Source of the DNA: an uncultured Gammaproteobacteria bacterium
GTDB lineage: Bacteria; Patescibacteriota; Patescibacteriia; Magasanikbacterales; GWA2-37-8
Reading direction: 5' to 3'
Assembly (NCBI GenBank): GCA_964596525.1
Contig: CAZQUL010000001.1
Span: 1,212,312-1,276,311, forward strand
Length of the DNA stretch: 64,000 bases
Position numbers and translations under genes: made by a program. Positions within the stretch are counted from its first letter, which is position 1. Each line of letters starts with the position of its first letter. Under the pieces are notes generated by a model. The model was not told where the DNA came from. It searched no databases and saw only the letters and a program-made list of their open reading frames with translations. Below, one piece after another: positions 1 through 9,035 of this stretch.

Positions 1-66
1 AAAAATCAGGCTTAGTGCCAAAAGCACGCCTACTACCAACGAGTTAAAAAATTTCTTGATATTCAT
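1..66 (-). CDS. 5' end of a secreted or membrane protein (runs off the window edge)
   Basis: ATG at 66; reads MNIKKFFNSLVVGVLLALSLIF, signal-peptide-like and open to position 1. Confidence 0.55.
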   Translation of the reverse strand, partial: MNIKKFFNSLVVGVLLALSLIF

Positions 67-278
67 ACGTTTAAAACAAAAATCCCTGTCGGCAGGAAGG
101 GATTCAGAAGAGCCCCCTCCACTCTTCGCCTTCACCCTAACAGAAGGACGAAATAATTGCAAAATCGAACTTTCAAGCAAGCCTAGCACCCCACAGCTTT
201 GACTAACGACACATCGTGAACTAGACTTCTAAAGTGCCCATGAGGCATGCAACCACACTCGATCAAAGAGGGTAGCTC

Positions 279-935
279 ATGAAGGTTCTACGACCGCTTC
301 TGTTTCTCGGAGTCGCCGCGTGTTTCTCGGTATTCCATCTGTCCGGGCGGAGTTTCACCGCCGGGCGCGACACGGCAGCCGGTCCCTTGGCCGGCGATAT
401 GGGTACGCCCATGGACGGCGGCCTGTCGCTCGATGACTGCAAGAAAACCTGGGGAGTGAAGGGCTATTCCCTCCTCGACATCCCGGCCAATCCCTCGAGC
501 GGCTTTCATCCGAATGGCGCACAATGCCCCAAGGTTATCTGCGTTCCGGAGCGGGGAACCTACGTCGAGCGTCCGTACTGCACCATCGAGAACCAGGGAG
601 ATGGAGACGCAGAGTGGCAGTATACCGCCATTATGGTGGACATTTCTGCCACTGGTTCTAGCCGCCAAGGCCTGACGCTCCACACCACGTATGACGACGG
701 TTCACGCTATTCCAAACCGATCGAAACCGGAACGTGGTATGTCTTTGGCAGAAAAAACGACGGCAGTAGCGCCAAGCTCTACGAAACATACATCTCCGCC
801 TGGCCTTTTACGGGCACGCCGCTCCCGACCATCAAGCGATTGCGCTATGACCTGGCGAAGCGTGCGGTTACGATTGAGGACTGCCCGACGGGCGGACGCG
901 ACTACCGGTACTGCTCCGTCTGGAACGGCCTGTAA
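279..935 (+). CDS. secreted Cys-containing hypothetical protein
   Basis: 218 aa; hydrophobic N-terminus; AGAGGG SD upstream; DMGTPMDGG linker; followed by a hairpin terminator. Confidence 0.7.
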   Translation: MKVLRPLLFLGVAACFSVFHLSGRSFTAGRDTAAGPLAGDMGTPMDGGLSLDDCKKTWGVKGYSLLDIPANPSSGFHPNGAQCPKVICVPERGTYVERPYCTIENQGDGDAEWQYTAIMVDISATGSSRQGLTLHTTYDDGSRYSKPIETGTWYVFGRKNDGSSAKLYETYISAWPFTGTPLPTIKRLRYDLAKRAVTIEDCPTGGRDYRYCSVWNGL

Positions 936-958
936 ACCGGACTCCCTACGAGACCCAC

Positions 959-989
959 AACCTGACATGAAGTATCATGTCAGGTTTTT
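959..989 (+). terminator. intrinsic terminator
   Basis: AACCTGACATGA-agta-TCATGTCAGGTT followed by T run. Confidence 0.75.
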
Positions 990-1033
990 ATAAACTATTA
1001 ATAACGAAATGTACGATCTAAAATATTCAATTC

Positions 1034-1090
1034 AAAAAACGCACGCCGCAGATATTCTGAGCTTAGAGCTCAGGCATCTGCTCGTGCGTT
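1034..1090 (-). terminator. long imperfect hairpin, likely terminator of the 1122..2240 gene
   Basis: AACGCACG..GCAGAT..CTGAGC-ttaga-GCTCAG..ATCTGC..CGTGCGTT; A run on the left is a U tract on the - strand. Confidence 0.6.
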
Positions 1091-1121
1091 GATACGATGA
1101 ACCGGCTGAATCTTTTTGCCA

Positions 1122-2240
1122 CTACCTCATGAGCGACAGGACGGCTTCGGTTTTTCTACGCTCTTCAGCCTCGTAGCGCAGGCGTTTCTCGACGAGCTTC
1201 TTGCCCGCGGGAATGATCTGTCGGAGCTTCTCGACAAGCGCCAGATCATCGGGATATTCGCGTATGACATGTTCTGCCAAATCGACATCCTCTTGGTTGT
1301 AGAGGCCGAAGGAATTACCCTCCGTCTCATTCTCCAGGACGATGAAGTGTGCGATACGTCGGCGCAGCTCACGGTACTGATCCCCAGCGAGAACCTGGAG
1401 GATCCTTCTCAGATGGTACGACTTGATAAGCCCGCGATTTTTGGCCGAAGGAATACGCAAGAGAAAAGCGAGTTGGTCGGCGAAGAGCTCCGCGGTATAC
1501 GGAATTTTACCATCGTGGCTGTAGAATCCACTTTGGACATGCTCTGCAAAACGCTTAAGCGCCCCTTCATGTTGGTGTCGCGGTGAGGCATCACCTGACT
1601 CTTCCGTGAGAACGATCGTTTGCAGCTCAAGCGTGGCTAACCGCTTCCACTTCTCTGGTACCGGCGCGCCGAGCATGACGGGAAACGGGTTATAACCCGA
1701 GAAATCATCAAACGTGTCAAAGGCCACAGCATCGTTGATTCCCCACACCTCGAAAAGCCGGGCTGCCAATCCGTCTTCTTCGGGGAGGATGGCAAGAAAG
1801 TCAATGATGTAGAGGTTGTACACGTCGAGGGTCTGACGGGTATTCCGAAGAGGCTCGACCGAGAATTCTTTGGCGATCGCCATGTAGAGGAGGATCAACT
1901 CAGCAGTGACGATCCAAAGGTGCTCGGACAGCTTTTCGACCTTGACCGGTCGTCGATCCCTCAAAAAAAGCAGGTTACTAGCCGCATCTTCATCGCGCCA
2001 CGTAAAAGGCAATACGCCGCAGTATGGGGCCAGGAGAATCGCGATCGCCCTGATCTTAAACTCATCGCGGACATCGGACTCGATGAGTGCCGCGAGCCGC
2101 CGCCAATCATCGCGTGGCTTAAGATTAACCCACTTCTCCCATGCTTCTCCTCCGGCGTCGGTGAAAAGGCTTTTGAAATAATCGTGCAGACGCTGCAAAC
2201 TCGGAAGTGCGGACATGTTTGCCCCTTTTTCTGCAGGCAT
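1122..2240 (-). CDS. hypothetical protein, probably all-helical
   Basis: long ORF; likely start ATG 2240 (AGGAG upstream) or 2216; no recognisable motif. Confidence 0.7.
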   Translation of the reverse strand: MPAEKGANMSALPSLQRLHDYFKSLFTDAGGEAWEKWVNLKPRDDWRRLAALIESDVRDEFKIRAIAILLAPYCGVLPFTWRDEDAASNLLFLRDRRPVKVEKLSEHLWIVTAELILLYMAIAKEFSVEPLRNTRQTLDVYNLYIIDFLAILPEEDGLAARLFEVWGINDAVAFDTFDDFSGYNPFPVMLGAPVPEKWKRLATLELQTIVLTEESGDASPRHQHEGALKRFAEHVQSGFYSHDGKIPYTAELFADQLAFLLRIPSAKNRGLIKSYHLRRILQVLAGDQYRELRRRIAHFIVLENETEGNSFGLYNQEDVDLAEHVIREYPDDLALVEKLRQIIPAGKKLVEKRLRYEAEERRKTEAVLSLMR

Positions 2241-2451
2241 CCTGGGCTCCTGCGACCCCTGTGTTATCTTCAATAGCGAAGAATAACAAGAGAAAATATC
2301 AAACTTAGCGCACCATGTCAAAAATATACGGGTTTTAAGGATTTTGTATTTACCGCCTAAGCAGATGTGTTAGACTAGATTAATACTGTTTCCCTACGGG
2401 TGCGCAGTATTAAAATACGGACTTTATACACACCACGCACCATTCACCACT

Positions 2452-3063
2452 ATGTCCACATTTCTTTTTAAAGAACGATCGGTCTTGATTGCGCTCGCGA
2501 TGATTGCCATTTTGGGCTTCGCAGGATGTGGGGAGATTTCATCAATATCAAACCGCCCAACAACTACGCCAACATCCCTAGCCGCACCTTCCTCGGCCAA
2601 TTCCATTCTCCCACCGACATCAACTACTACCGAGAAACAGATAGTGTGGTGCAATACCGCCGCGCAAACCGCATCGGGTGTAAAAAATATTACAGACGAC
2701 GCGGTCTGGATCTCGGTAGAAAATTTTAACGGCATGATACACGAACCAAACGTGTATCATGCCTGCCGTGGCGAATCGGAAATATTCAACTTTAGTGCAG
2801 CGGATGATTATAAAGTAACAGCAGAAAAACACATGGTAGTAGTAGCGCGTGCACGAGGAAAAATGATCATCGGTGGATTTGACCCAGCGGTTGGCCGGCC
2901 GCCTACTAATGAGGCAGCACTACCATTCCGGCGCATCCTCTACGCTCCAGACGCAAAAAATCCGAAGGGTCTTCCTGTGGCACTCTACTATGCCAGCGGG
3001 GACACCAAAACCGAGGCGGAATTAATAAAAATAGTGGAAACAGTTGTACAAAAAGCCAATTGA
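2452..3063 (+). CDS. putative lipoprotein
   Basis: lipobox-like LGFAGC followed by a Thr/Pro/Ser-rich linker. Confidence 0.7.
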   Translation: MSTFLFKERSVLIALAMIAILGFAGCGEISSISNRPTTTPTSLAAPSSANSILPPTSTTTEKQIVWCNTAAQTASGVKNITDDAVWISVENFNGMIHEPNVYHACRGESEIFNFSAADDYKVTAEKHMVVVARARGKMIIGGFDPAVGRPPTNEAALPFRRILYAPDAKNPKGLPVALYYASGDTKTEAELIKIVETVVQKAN

Positions 3064-3127
3064 AACAACTTACTTGCAACAAAATAACGCTTTCTAAAGC
3101 GTTATTTTGTTGATGAGCCCCGTAATT

Positions 3128-3643
3128 TTACTGGCGGACTCCCCCGATCTCATCCATGCGCTGAAATGGAAACGGACACGCGGCGCGATATTCGTCGATG
3201 CGATCATTGGTCGCTTTGTCGAGTTCGATATGCTCGACGTGGAACGATCGGTCTTCTTTTATATCGAACCCGGTGATGAGCACGGCTTTGTTTACAAAAG
3301 GCTCCAAATCAACGGTCGAGCTCGCGATATTCAAACCGGAGAAGGATCGACAGACCACTTTTTTGCTGCCACGCTCGATGACGAACAATCCATATGTATA
3401 AGAACCCCATTCCCACTGCGACATGCTATAATTCGACGGATCAATCACCTCGGGACGTTTGATAAGAAACACGAACGAGCGACTAAGCCATTGATAGATA
3501 TTCGGGCCGCGGGCTGGATCGAAGTTCCAGTTTTCAACCAATTCGAAGCGTTCTTGCTGACGGACATAGGCATAGGCGAAGTAGGCAACCACAGCGCCAA
3601 AAAGAACTACGAGAAAGATTAGTATTTTTGTTTTCATATTCAA
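3128..3643 (-). CDS. membrane-anchored hypothetical protein
   Basis: basic N-terminus plus one TM helix (KILIFLVVLFGAVVAYFAY). Confidence 0.65.
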   Translation of the reverse strand: MNMKTKILIFLVVLFGAVVAYFAYAYVRQQERFELVENWNFDPARGPNIYQWLSRSFVFLIKRPEVIDPSNYSMSQWEWGSYTYGLFVIERGSKKVVCRSFSGLNIASSTVDLEPFVNKAVLITGFDIKEDRSFHVEHIELDKATNDRIDEYRAACPFPFQRMDEIGGVRQ

Positions 3644-3680
3644 ATACGTATGGTCTAAAAGATAGGGTGATTATCGGTAG

Positions 3681-4532
3681 TTACCGAGCATCTTCGACTG
3701 CGCATTCTTCGTCGAGCACCTGTTTGGTTGTTGTAACACCACCATCGGCGTATACGGTAGTAGTGATTTCGCACTGCAGATCAACATTTCGAGAGTCGCC
3801 ACGCTGATAATCTTTTTCCAAATTACGCCACTCCCGTGTTTCAAGCAGACGAAAATGCCCAGCAGTTAATTGGTAGATGCTTCGTGAAGCGCCGACCCCC
3901 GGCAAGTTGCGGACGATAAGGCGTTGGTTGGTTTTGTCGAATGCTATATCGTTAAAAGCAATAGCCGCGAGCTCATCTGTCAGGGAGCTGGTAACGAACG
4001 TTCCAGTTTTAGTGTTATATACCCAATACTGGTACGAACCCCATTTGGCGCCACCATTAACGAGCACTCCGATATCCCCGTATTCGTCGAAGTTGATATC
4101 CTGGACGGTAAAAAAGAGCGGAACATTCTCGGCTTGCCACATGTTGGGGTTGAGCGCAATGGTCTGAAGCGGCTTTATGAGCTCATTATCGCGGAAAATA
4201 TCAATGCGTCCCGATGTAGTAGCGGTGAAGGAAATGACACGAAAAACATAGACAGGCTTTTGCGGATGGATGGAAACTTTAAAATAAAACGCACGCTGAT
4301 CCCGCAATGCGGCATCTTTATGTTTCAAACCAAAACCATCGAAGTCTTGTTCCGTAAACACGCGGTTTTTTAATGACTCAAGAGATGTTTTAATTTCTGA
4401 GGCAGCAGAAACTGTCGATGAAGTGGTGGGTGAAGGGATACTCTTTTCTCCGGAAACAAAGCTCTTTTCTTGAACGCAGCCCGCTCCGGTAAAAATAATG
4501 AACGCCGCCCCAAAAAATAAAATCTGTTTCAT
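3681..4532 (-). CDS. putative lipoprotein with an FG-GAP-like motif
   Basis: start MKQILFFGAAFIIFTGAGC (ATG 4532); motif QDINFDEYGDIGV. Confidence 0.7.
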   Translation of the reverse strand: MKQILFFGAAFIIFTGAGCVQEKSFVSGEKSIPSPTTSSTVSAASEIKTSLESLKNRVFTEQDFDGFGLKHKDAALRDQRAFYFKVSIHPQKPVYVFRVISFTATTSGRIDIFRDNELIKPLQTIALNPNMWQAENVPLFFTVQDINFDEYGDIGVLVNGGAKWGSYQYWVYNTKTGTFVTSSLTDELAAIAFNDIAFDKTNQRLIVRNLPGVGASRSIYQLTAGHFRLLETREWRNLEKDYQRGDSRNVDLQCEITTTVYADGGVTTTKQVLDEECAVEDAR

Positions 4533-4915
4533 ATGATTAGGGAAAGTTCGATGTTCACAGATTACATCGAAGCCACTTGCAGAACAAGGAAAATTGTTAC
4601 AAAGAAGCACGAAACCACCGCCCTGTATGAACGGTGGCTTCTCTTCTTGATATTAAACTATTCTTTGGGTGCATCCGACGCTCCCTCTTTGGTTTCCGTT
4701 TCATCATTCTGCTCTTCGGTACCTGGCTGGCGATTTTCTTCGTTCATATGCGCGAGGTTAAAAGTAAACAACGTAGGTACTATGGCAAGCGAACAAGAGA
4801 AGAACAACAAGAGCAGTGGATAAGTTTTGATCGTAATCTTATTTTTTGCAGAAAAAAATTTTGTATGGCGCTACTACAGCTTGTATACTGTTAAAAACCT
4901 GCACGGAGGAGGACA

Positions 4916-5701
4916 ATGAGAAGAAATCTGGCACTTGCCCTCTTTATCAGCTGCCTATCCAGCTGCGTTGCGGAAAGTTTTCACAGTATTGTTTATCGTA
5001 CTGCGGAGCCCTTCCGTATCACCATTGGATACACCAAATTCGCCGCACCCAACGTGACAGTGATCGGCGGTATGGTAGCGCCGGCAGAATTTGTCTGCCA
5101 CAACGTGCGCAAACTGCTGCCGGACAAAAAATGCATCGTACCCAAGACGCTCAAGGAAATGACGCGGTTTGATGTCGCAAGTCCGCCACGGGGATATACG
5201 CGCAGGCAGCTTGAGGAAATGGCCGCCAAGCTCCCCTATTATCCATCGACCCTCAAGATGCTTTTCGTGGATGGTCCATCGCCCAACCGCGCGGCCAACG
5301 CCCGACACTGGCGCCCCGGACCGCTCAACAGCGAACTCGTCATTATCTACACCGCGGAAATCAACGCCAATTTCGAAGAGCTTAACCCGCGCAACACGAC
5401 CGACACAACGGAATGGCGCGAGCGACGCAATCTGTACGAGGCTAAAATTGTCGTGCATGAGATCGGACATGCACTAGGACTCGTTAACCTGGGAGTTCCC
5501 GAAAAAACACGACATCGGCACCCATACGCCAAACACCACTGCCGCAATGTTTCGTGTGTCATGCACTATGGCGTTAAAAATGTGACGAGTGCGGATTTTA
5601 CCGCATGGAAAGCACGCCATCGGGCAGTGGGATGGGAGGCAGACGTCGTGTTTGACGGATGGTGTATAGAAGATATACAAACCAGCACGAGAAAAAAATA
5701 A
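4916..5701 (+). CDS. secreted zinc metalloprotease (zincin, archaemetzincin-like)
   Basis: HEIGHALGL..H..HC.NVSCVM motif; lipoprotein-like signal; GGAGGAGG SD. Confidence 0.75.
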   Translation: MRRNLALALFISCLSSCVAESFHSIVYRTAEPFRITIGYTKFAAPNVTVIGGMVAPAEFVCHNVRKLLPDKKCIVPKTLKEMTRFDVASPPRGYTRRQLEEMAAKLPYYPSTLKMLFVDGPSPNRAANARHWRPGPLNSELVIIYTAEINANFEELNPRNTTDTTEWRERRNLYEAKIVVHEIGHALGLVNLGVPEKTRHRHPYAKHHCRNVSCVMHYGVKNVTSADFTAWKARHRAVGWEADVVFDGWCIEDIQTSTRKK

Positions 5702-5702
5702 C

Positions 5703-5723
5703 AACCCCCGGAGACGGGGGTTT
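5703..5723. terminator. bidirectional terminator between convergent genes
   Basis: AACCCCCG-gaga-CGGGGGTT. Confidence 0.65.
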
Positions 5724-5738
5724 GGTTATTTCTATGGA

Positions 5739-6041
5739 TTAGGATTTTTCAAGGCTTGCGTAACGATCGACTAACGCTTTCGCCTCATCAATTGCCTTTT
5801 TAATATTTTCATCAGCAAATGTTTCTGGCACACCTTCTACATCTTCCTCTTTACGAAAATGACCATTTATTTTTTCAAGACCGGGAAGAACTTTGGAAAT
5901 TTCGGTTACTATTCCATCCCGCTCTTCGTTCCGCGCCCAGGCATGCATCGAGGTGAGACGTTCCTGGAGTTCACCGGCGCGTTTTTGGAGCATTTCTTTT
6001 TCAAATTTGGGTTCGAACATGACTTTTTGTTCGGGGTTCAT
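5739..6041 (-). CDS. small charged hypothetical protein
   Basis: 100 aa, Glu/Lys-rich ORF with ATG start. Confidence 0.6.
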   Translation of the reverse strand: MNPEQKVMFEPKFEKEMLQKRAGELQERLTSMHAWARNEERDGIVTEISKVLPGLEKINGHFRKEEDVEGVPETFADENIKKAIDEAKALVDRYASLEKS

Positions 6042-6138
6042 AGAATTTTATCTAACTAAAATATAAAATAGCTTCTTAATTATAACAAATTTTATAGATT
6101 CCTGCCCAGCAATAAATTAAAATCTCTTCTCAGCGGAG

Positions 6139-7050
6139 ATCTACAAAAGTAGAAATCGAATGTATGTATTAGAGCTCGATGTTAACGATCCCACCGCCAA
6201 ATCTACAAAAGTAGAAATCGAATGTATGTATTAGAGCGGGGAGAATTGAACGTGGACAAATTATCTACAAAAGTAGAAATCGAATGTATGTATTAGAGAA
6301 CCCGGGCCTTATAAGGCCGCTCACATCTACAAAAGTAGAAATCGAATGTATGTATTAGAGAACCCGGGCCTTATAAGGCCGCTCACATCTACAAAAGTAG
6401 AAATCGAATGTATGTATTAGAGATTAATTTCCATGCCACGGGTGAACTGAATCTACAAAAGTAGAAATCGAATGTATGTATTAGAGTATTTTTGGGTGGG
6501 GGGAGTACCAACCATCTACAAAAGTAGAAATCGAATGTATGTATTAGAGCCGAGAGAAGATTCAGGAGCAAAACGCATCTACAAAAGTAGAAATCGAATG
6601 TATGTATTAGAGAAAAAGACGGTGAAAGTTTTGAGCAAGATCTACAAAAGTAGAAATCGAATGTATGTATTAGAGTTCAAGATGGCATGCCGTACGACAA
6701 TATCTACAAAAGTAGAAATCGAATGTATGTATTAGAGAAATGGTGATGATGAACGCTTATTGAAATCTACAAAAGTAGAAATCGAATGTATGTATTAGAG
6801 AGCGAGACCATCAGTTTGCGAGAAGACGATCTACAAAAGTAGAAATCGAATGTATGTATTAGAGTGGCACGACAGGAAGCGCGATTGCAATCTACAAAAG
6901 TAGAAATCGAATGTATGTATTAGAGGATCGCTGAATCAAGATGCTCTTACATCTACAAAAGTAGAAATCGAATGTATGTATTAGAGTGCTAAGAATCGCG
7001 CAAAAAAATCTGCTATCTACAAAAGTAGAAATCGAATGTATGTATTAGAG
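6139..7050 (-). CRISPR. type V-A CRISPR array: 15 identical 36-bp repeats, 14 spacers of 25-28 bp (13 unique)
   Basis: - strand repeat CTCTAATACATACATTCGATTTCTACTTTTGTAGAT ends in the Cas12a handle TTTCTACTnnnGTAGAT; + strand copies start at 6139, 6201, 6263, 6325, 6387, 6451, 6514, 6577, 6640, 6702, 6765, 6829, 6890, 6951, 7015. Confidence 0.98.
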
Positions 7051-7217
7051 TCCAACTTTCGCTCTGTTGAGCATAAAAAAGATACAAACCCCGCGAATGC
7101 GGCGGCGACTTTTGGGCCCAACAGAGCGAAACCGAAAAAATAAGGACGGAGGTTTTGGCAATACAGACACACCGATTTCTCCCTACCCGAAGGTAAGGCA
7201 GATTGAGTTGTCAAAGT
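7051..7217 (-). promoter_or_regulatory. CRISPR leader
   Basis: non-coding interval between the cas2 stop and the first repeat in transcription order. Confidence 0.7.
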
Positions 7218-7499
7218 TCATTCAAAGACGACCACTTCTTGTTCTTCATTGACCGCGTATCCGTAACGATAGATCTTTTTTTCGCAACCAATGCACAGAG
7301 GAAATATAACAATGCTATCGGCGTTTGTAAAGTGCGGCGCATAGCTCATTTCGATCTCCGCGATGATATTGTCGAGTGCGCGCGGACTGTTCTTTATTTC
7401 GAACACCGAGTACTGCAAACGTCGTCCGTATTTCTCCAAAAATTTTGAAAAACGAGAGCGCCGACGGTTCGACTCAAAATCGTAAGAGGCGATAAACAT
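7218..7499 (-). CDS. cas2: CRISPR-associated endonuclease Cas2
   Basis: MFIASYDF..R..F.K.L.KYG.RLQYSVFEI, Cas2 signature. Confidence 0.95.
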   Translation of the reverse strand: MFIASYDFESNRRRSRFSKFLEKYGRRLQYSVFEIKNSPRALDNIIAEIEMSYAPHFTNADSIVIFPLCIGCEKKIYRYGYAVNEEQEVVVFE

Positions 7500-7502
7500 A
7501 CG

Positions 7503-8471
7503 CTATAGCGAGAATGTCGGAAATGGTCTTTTCTGATCACTAGGCAAATCCATTTCATTGAAAATATAGAAATAGAACGAATGAATATACTTAAACACTT
7601 CTTCTTTGCGATCCATAATCGCCTGCGCGAAAATCGTTGTATATTTTTTCTGATGCTCGTACATAATTTTCCACTCCCCTTTTTCCTCAAAAAAATCTTT
7701 TTCGTCGATCTGTTTCAAGTTGTATGATTTGACGAGTTGACGCTCGATAATGCAACGCATCGGTTCCATCAAATCACAAGCCAAGGACTTACGCTGGAAG
7801 AAAAGTTTGTGGTAGAAGCCCTTATACGTATCGAGACCATGCAGCGACAGGAGAGCACCCGTAACATGGAAAAGAAACGTATAGCCGATATCGAGAAGCG
7901 TATTATTGATATCCACTTTAGTACGCGGCATACGGCGGTACCATTTTATATCCCTAAAATAAGCCTGATAAAATTCTTTACTCGCAACGCCTTCGAGACC
8001 AAGAAGCGATTCGCCACTATTGACACTCATTACTTTAGCCAATTTTTCAGCAAGCCAGTCATCGCCAATCTGGCTACGTTCTTTAAGCAAGAAGTGTTGA
8101 TTTTTAATTTTGTTGGCCACGATCAGTTTTGCCATAGTCAGTTCCTGATCCGAGGTCAGAGCGTACTGTTTGCCACGCAAGATAAAATTACCGGCGGCTT
8201 CGGACGGAATTTCGGCATAGCATTTCAAGTTGTCGCCGAGCAGGAAGATAGAAACTCCATACTCGATGCACTTACGGATGAGCGGCGAGCTGATAGTGCA
8301 CGTACCGGTAATAAAGAGCGCCAAGATTTTATGGCACGAGAGCTGGTTTATTACCTCACCATCGCGCCGCAGGCAGACGTTTTCGTTCTTGAACGAGAGG
8401 TTGTTTTCTTTAAGATCGCTGCCGTTAATAAAGAGGATCTGTTTTTCACGGAAGTCAGGTAAGCTGATCAT
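7503..8471 (-). CDS. cas1: CRISPR-associated endonuclease Cas1 (type V)
   Basis: LLGLEGVAS.EFY, NTLLDIGYTFL, GFYH, SLACDLMEPMRC. Confidence 0.95.
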   Translation of the reverse strand: MISLPDFREKQILFINGSDLKENNLSFKNENVCLRRDGEVINQLSCHKILALFITGTCTISSPLIRKCIEYGVSIFLLGDNLKCYAEIPSEAAGNFILRGKQYALTSDQELTMAKLIVANKIKNQHFLLKERSQIGDDWLAEKLAKVMSVNSGESLLGLEGVASKEFYQAYFRDIKWYRRMPRTKVDINNTLLDIGYTFLFHVTGALLSLHGLDTYKGFYHKLFFQRKSLACDLMEPMRCIIERQLVKSYNLKQIDEKDFFEEKGEWKIMYEHQKKYTTIFAQAIMDRKEEVFKYIHSFYFYIFNEMDLPSDQKRPFPTFSL

Positions 8472-9034
8472 AGGTTTTCGGGCACATCATCACGGCAGAG
8501 CGGGCGGTAGATGCACTGCGCGCATTTGTTAAGATTGGTTTGGAGTTGCCAGTTAGCTGGATTGCGGTCATCGCGCATACGGGCGATGAAAGCGAAGAAT
8601 GGCTCGAGATCTTTGTCGGTCGGCCTGGCTATCGGGTAGCGCTTGTTGTCGTCGAGCGAGCGGATAACAAGGCTTTCGACCGGGCACCCCATTTCTTCAA
8701 GGCAGATCAGCTGCGCGTAGAGCTGGTAACGGTAACCGTCGAAAACCTGTTTCACTTTCTTCTTGCGTTCGATGAGTAGTTTCTTATCAGCGTCGTAGAT
8801 GTCGATCTTGCCCGCGAGCCCGTGCACATCGGAGTACACGGGCATGCCGACGCGGTAACGCTTGAGCGAAGAATACGTTCCTTTATCGATGGCTTCATGC
8901 GCGATCTTGCCAGCGGTCTGGTAATGGCTATGGTAGGTTTCGGTATTGAAGTTATCGTAGATGGTTTTGAGGTAAACCGAGCGCGGGCAGAAGATGAAGT
9001 CGTTGAGTTTAGAGATTTGGATGTAGGAGTCCAT
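8468..9034 (-). CDS. cas4: CRISPR-associated exonuclease Cas4 (type V)
   Basis: start MDSYIQISKLNDFIFCPRS (ATG 9034); GKIDIYD, ERK, QLYAQ, C-terminal KCxxCxYxxLC Fe-S ligands. Confidence 0.95.
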   Translation of the reverse strand: MDSYIQISKLNDFIFCPRSVYLKTIYDNFNTETYHSHYQTAGKIAHEAIDKGTYSSLKRYRVGMPVYSDVHGLAGKIDIYDADKKLLIERKKKVKQVFDGYRYQLYAQLICLEEMGCPVESLVIRSLDDNKRYPIARPTDKDLEPFFAFIARMRDDRNPANWQLQTNLNKCAQCIYRPLCRDDVPENL

Positions 9035-9035
9035 G

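Noticed and set aside
3107-3622. 171-aa + strand ORF
   Set aside because: Antisense to 3128..3643, which has an ATG start and a typical membrane anchor
6389-6735. ORFs of 60 and 87 aa with repeated peptides
   Set aside because: Translations of the CRISPR repeats
6175-7014. Self-targeting spacers
   Set aside because: No match to this window noticed by eye; an exhaustive search was not possible
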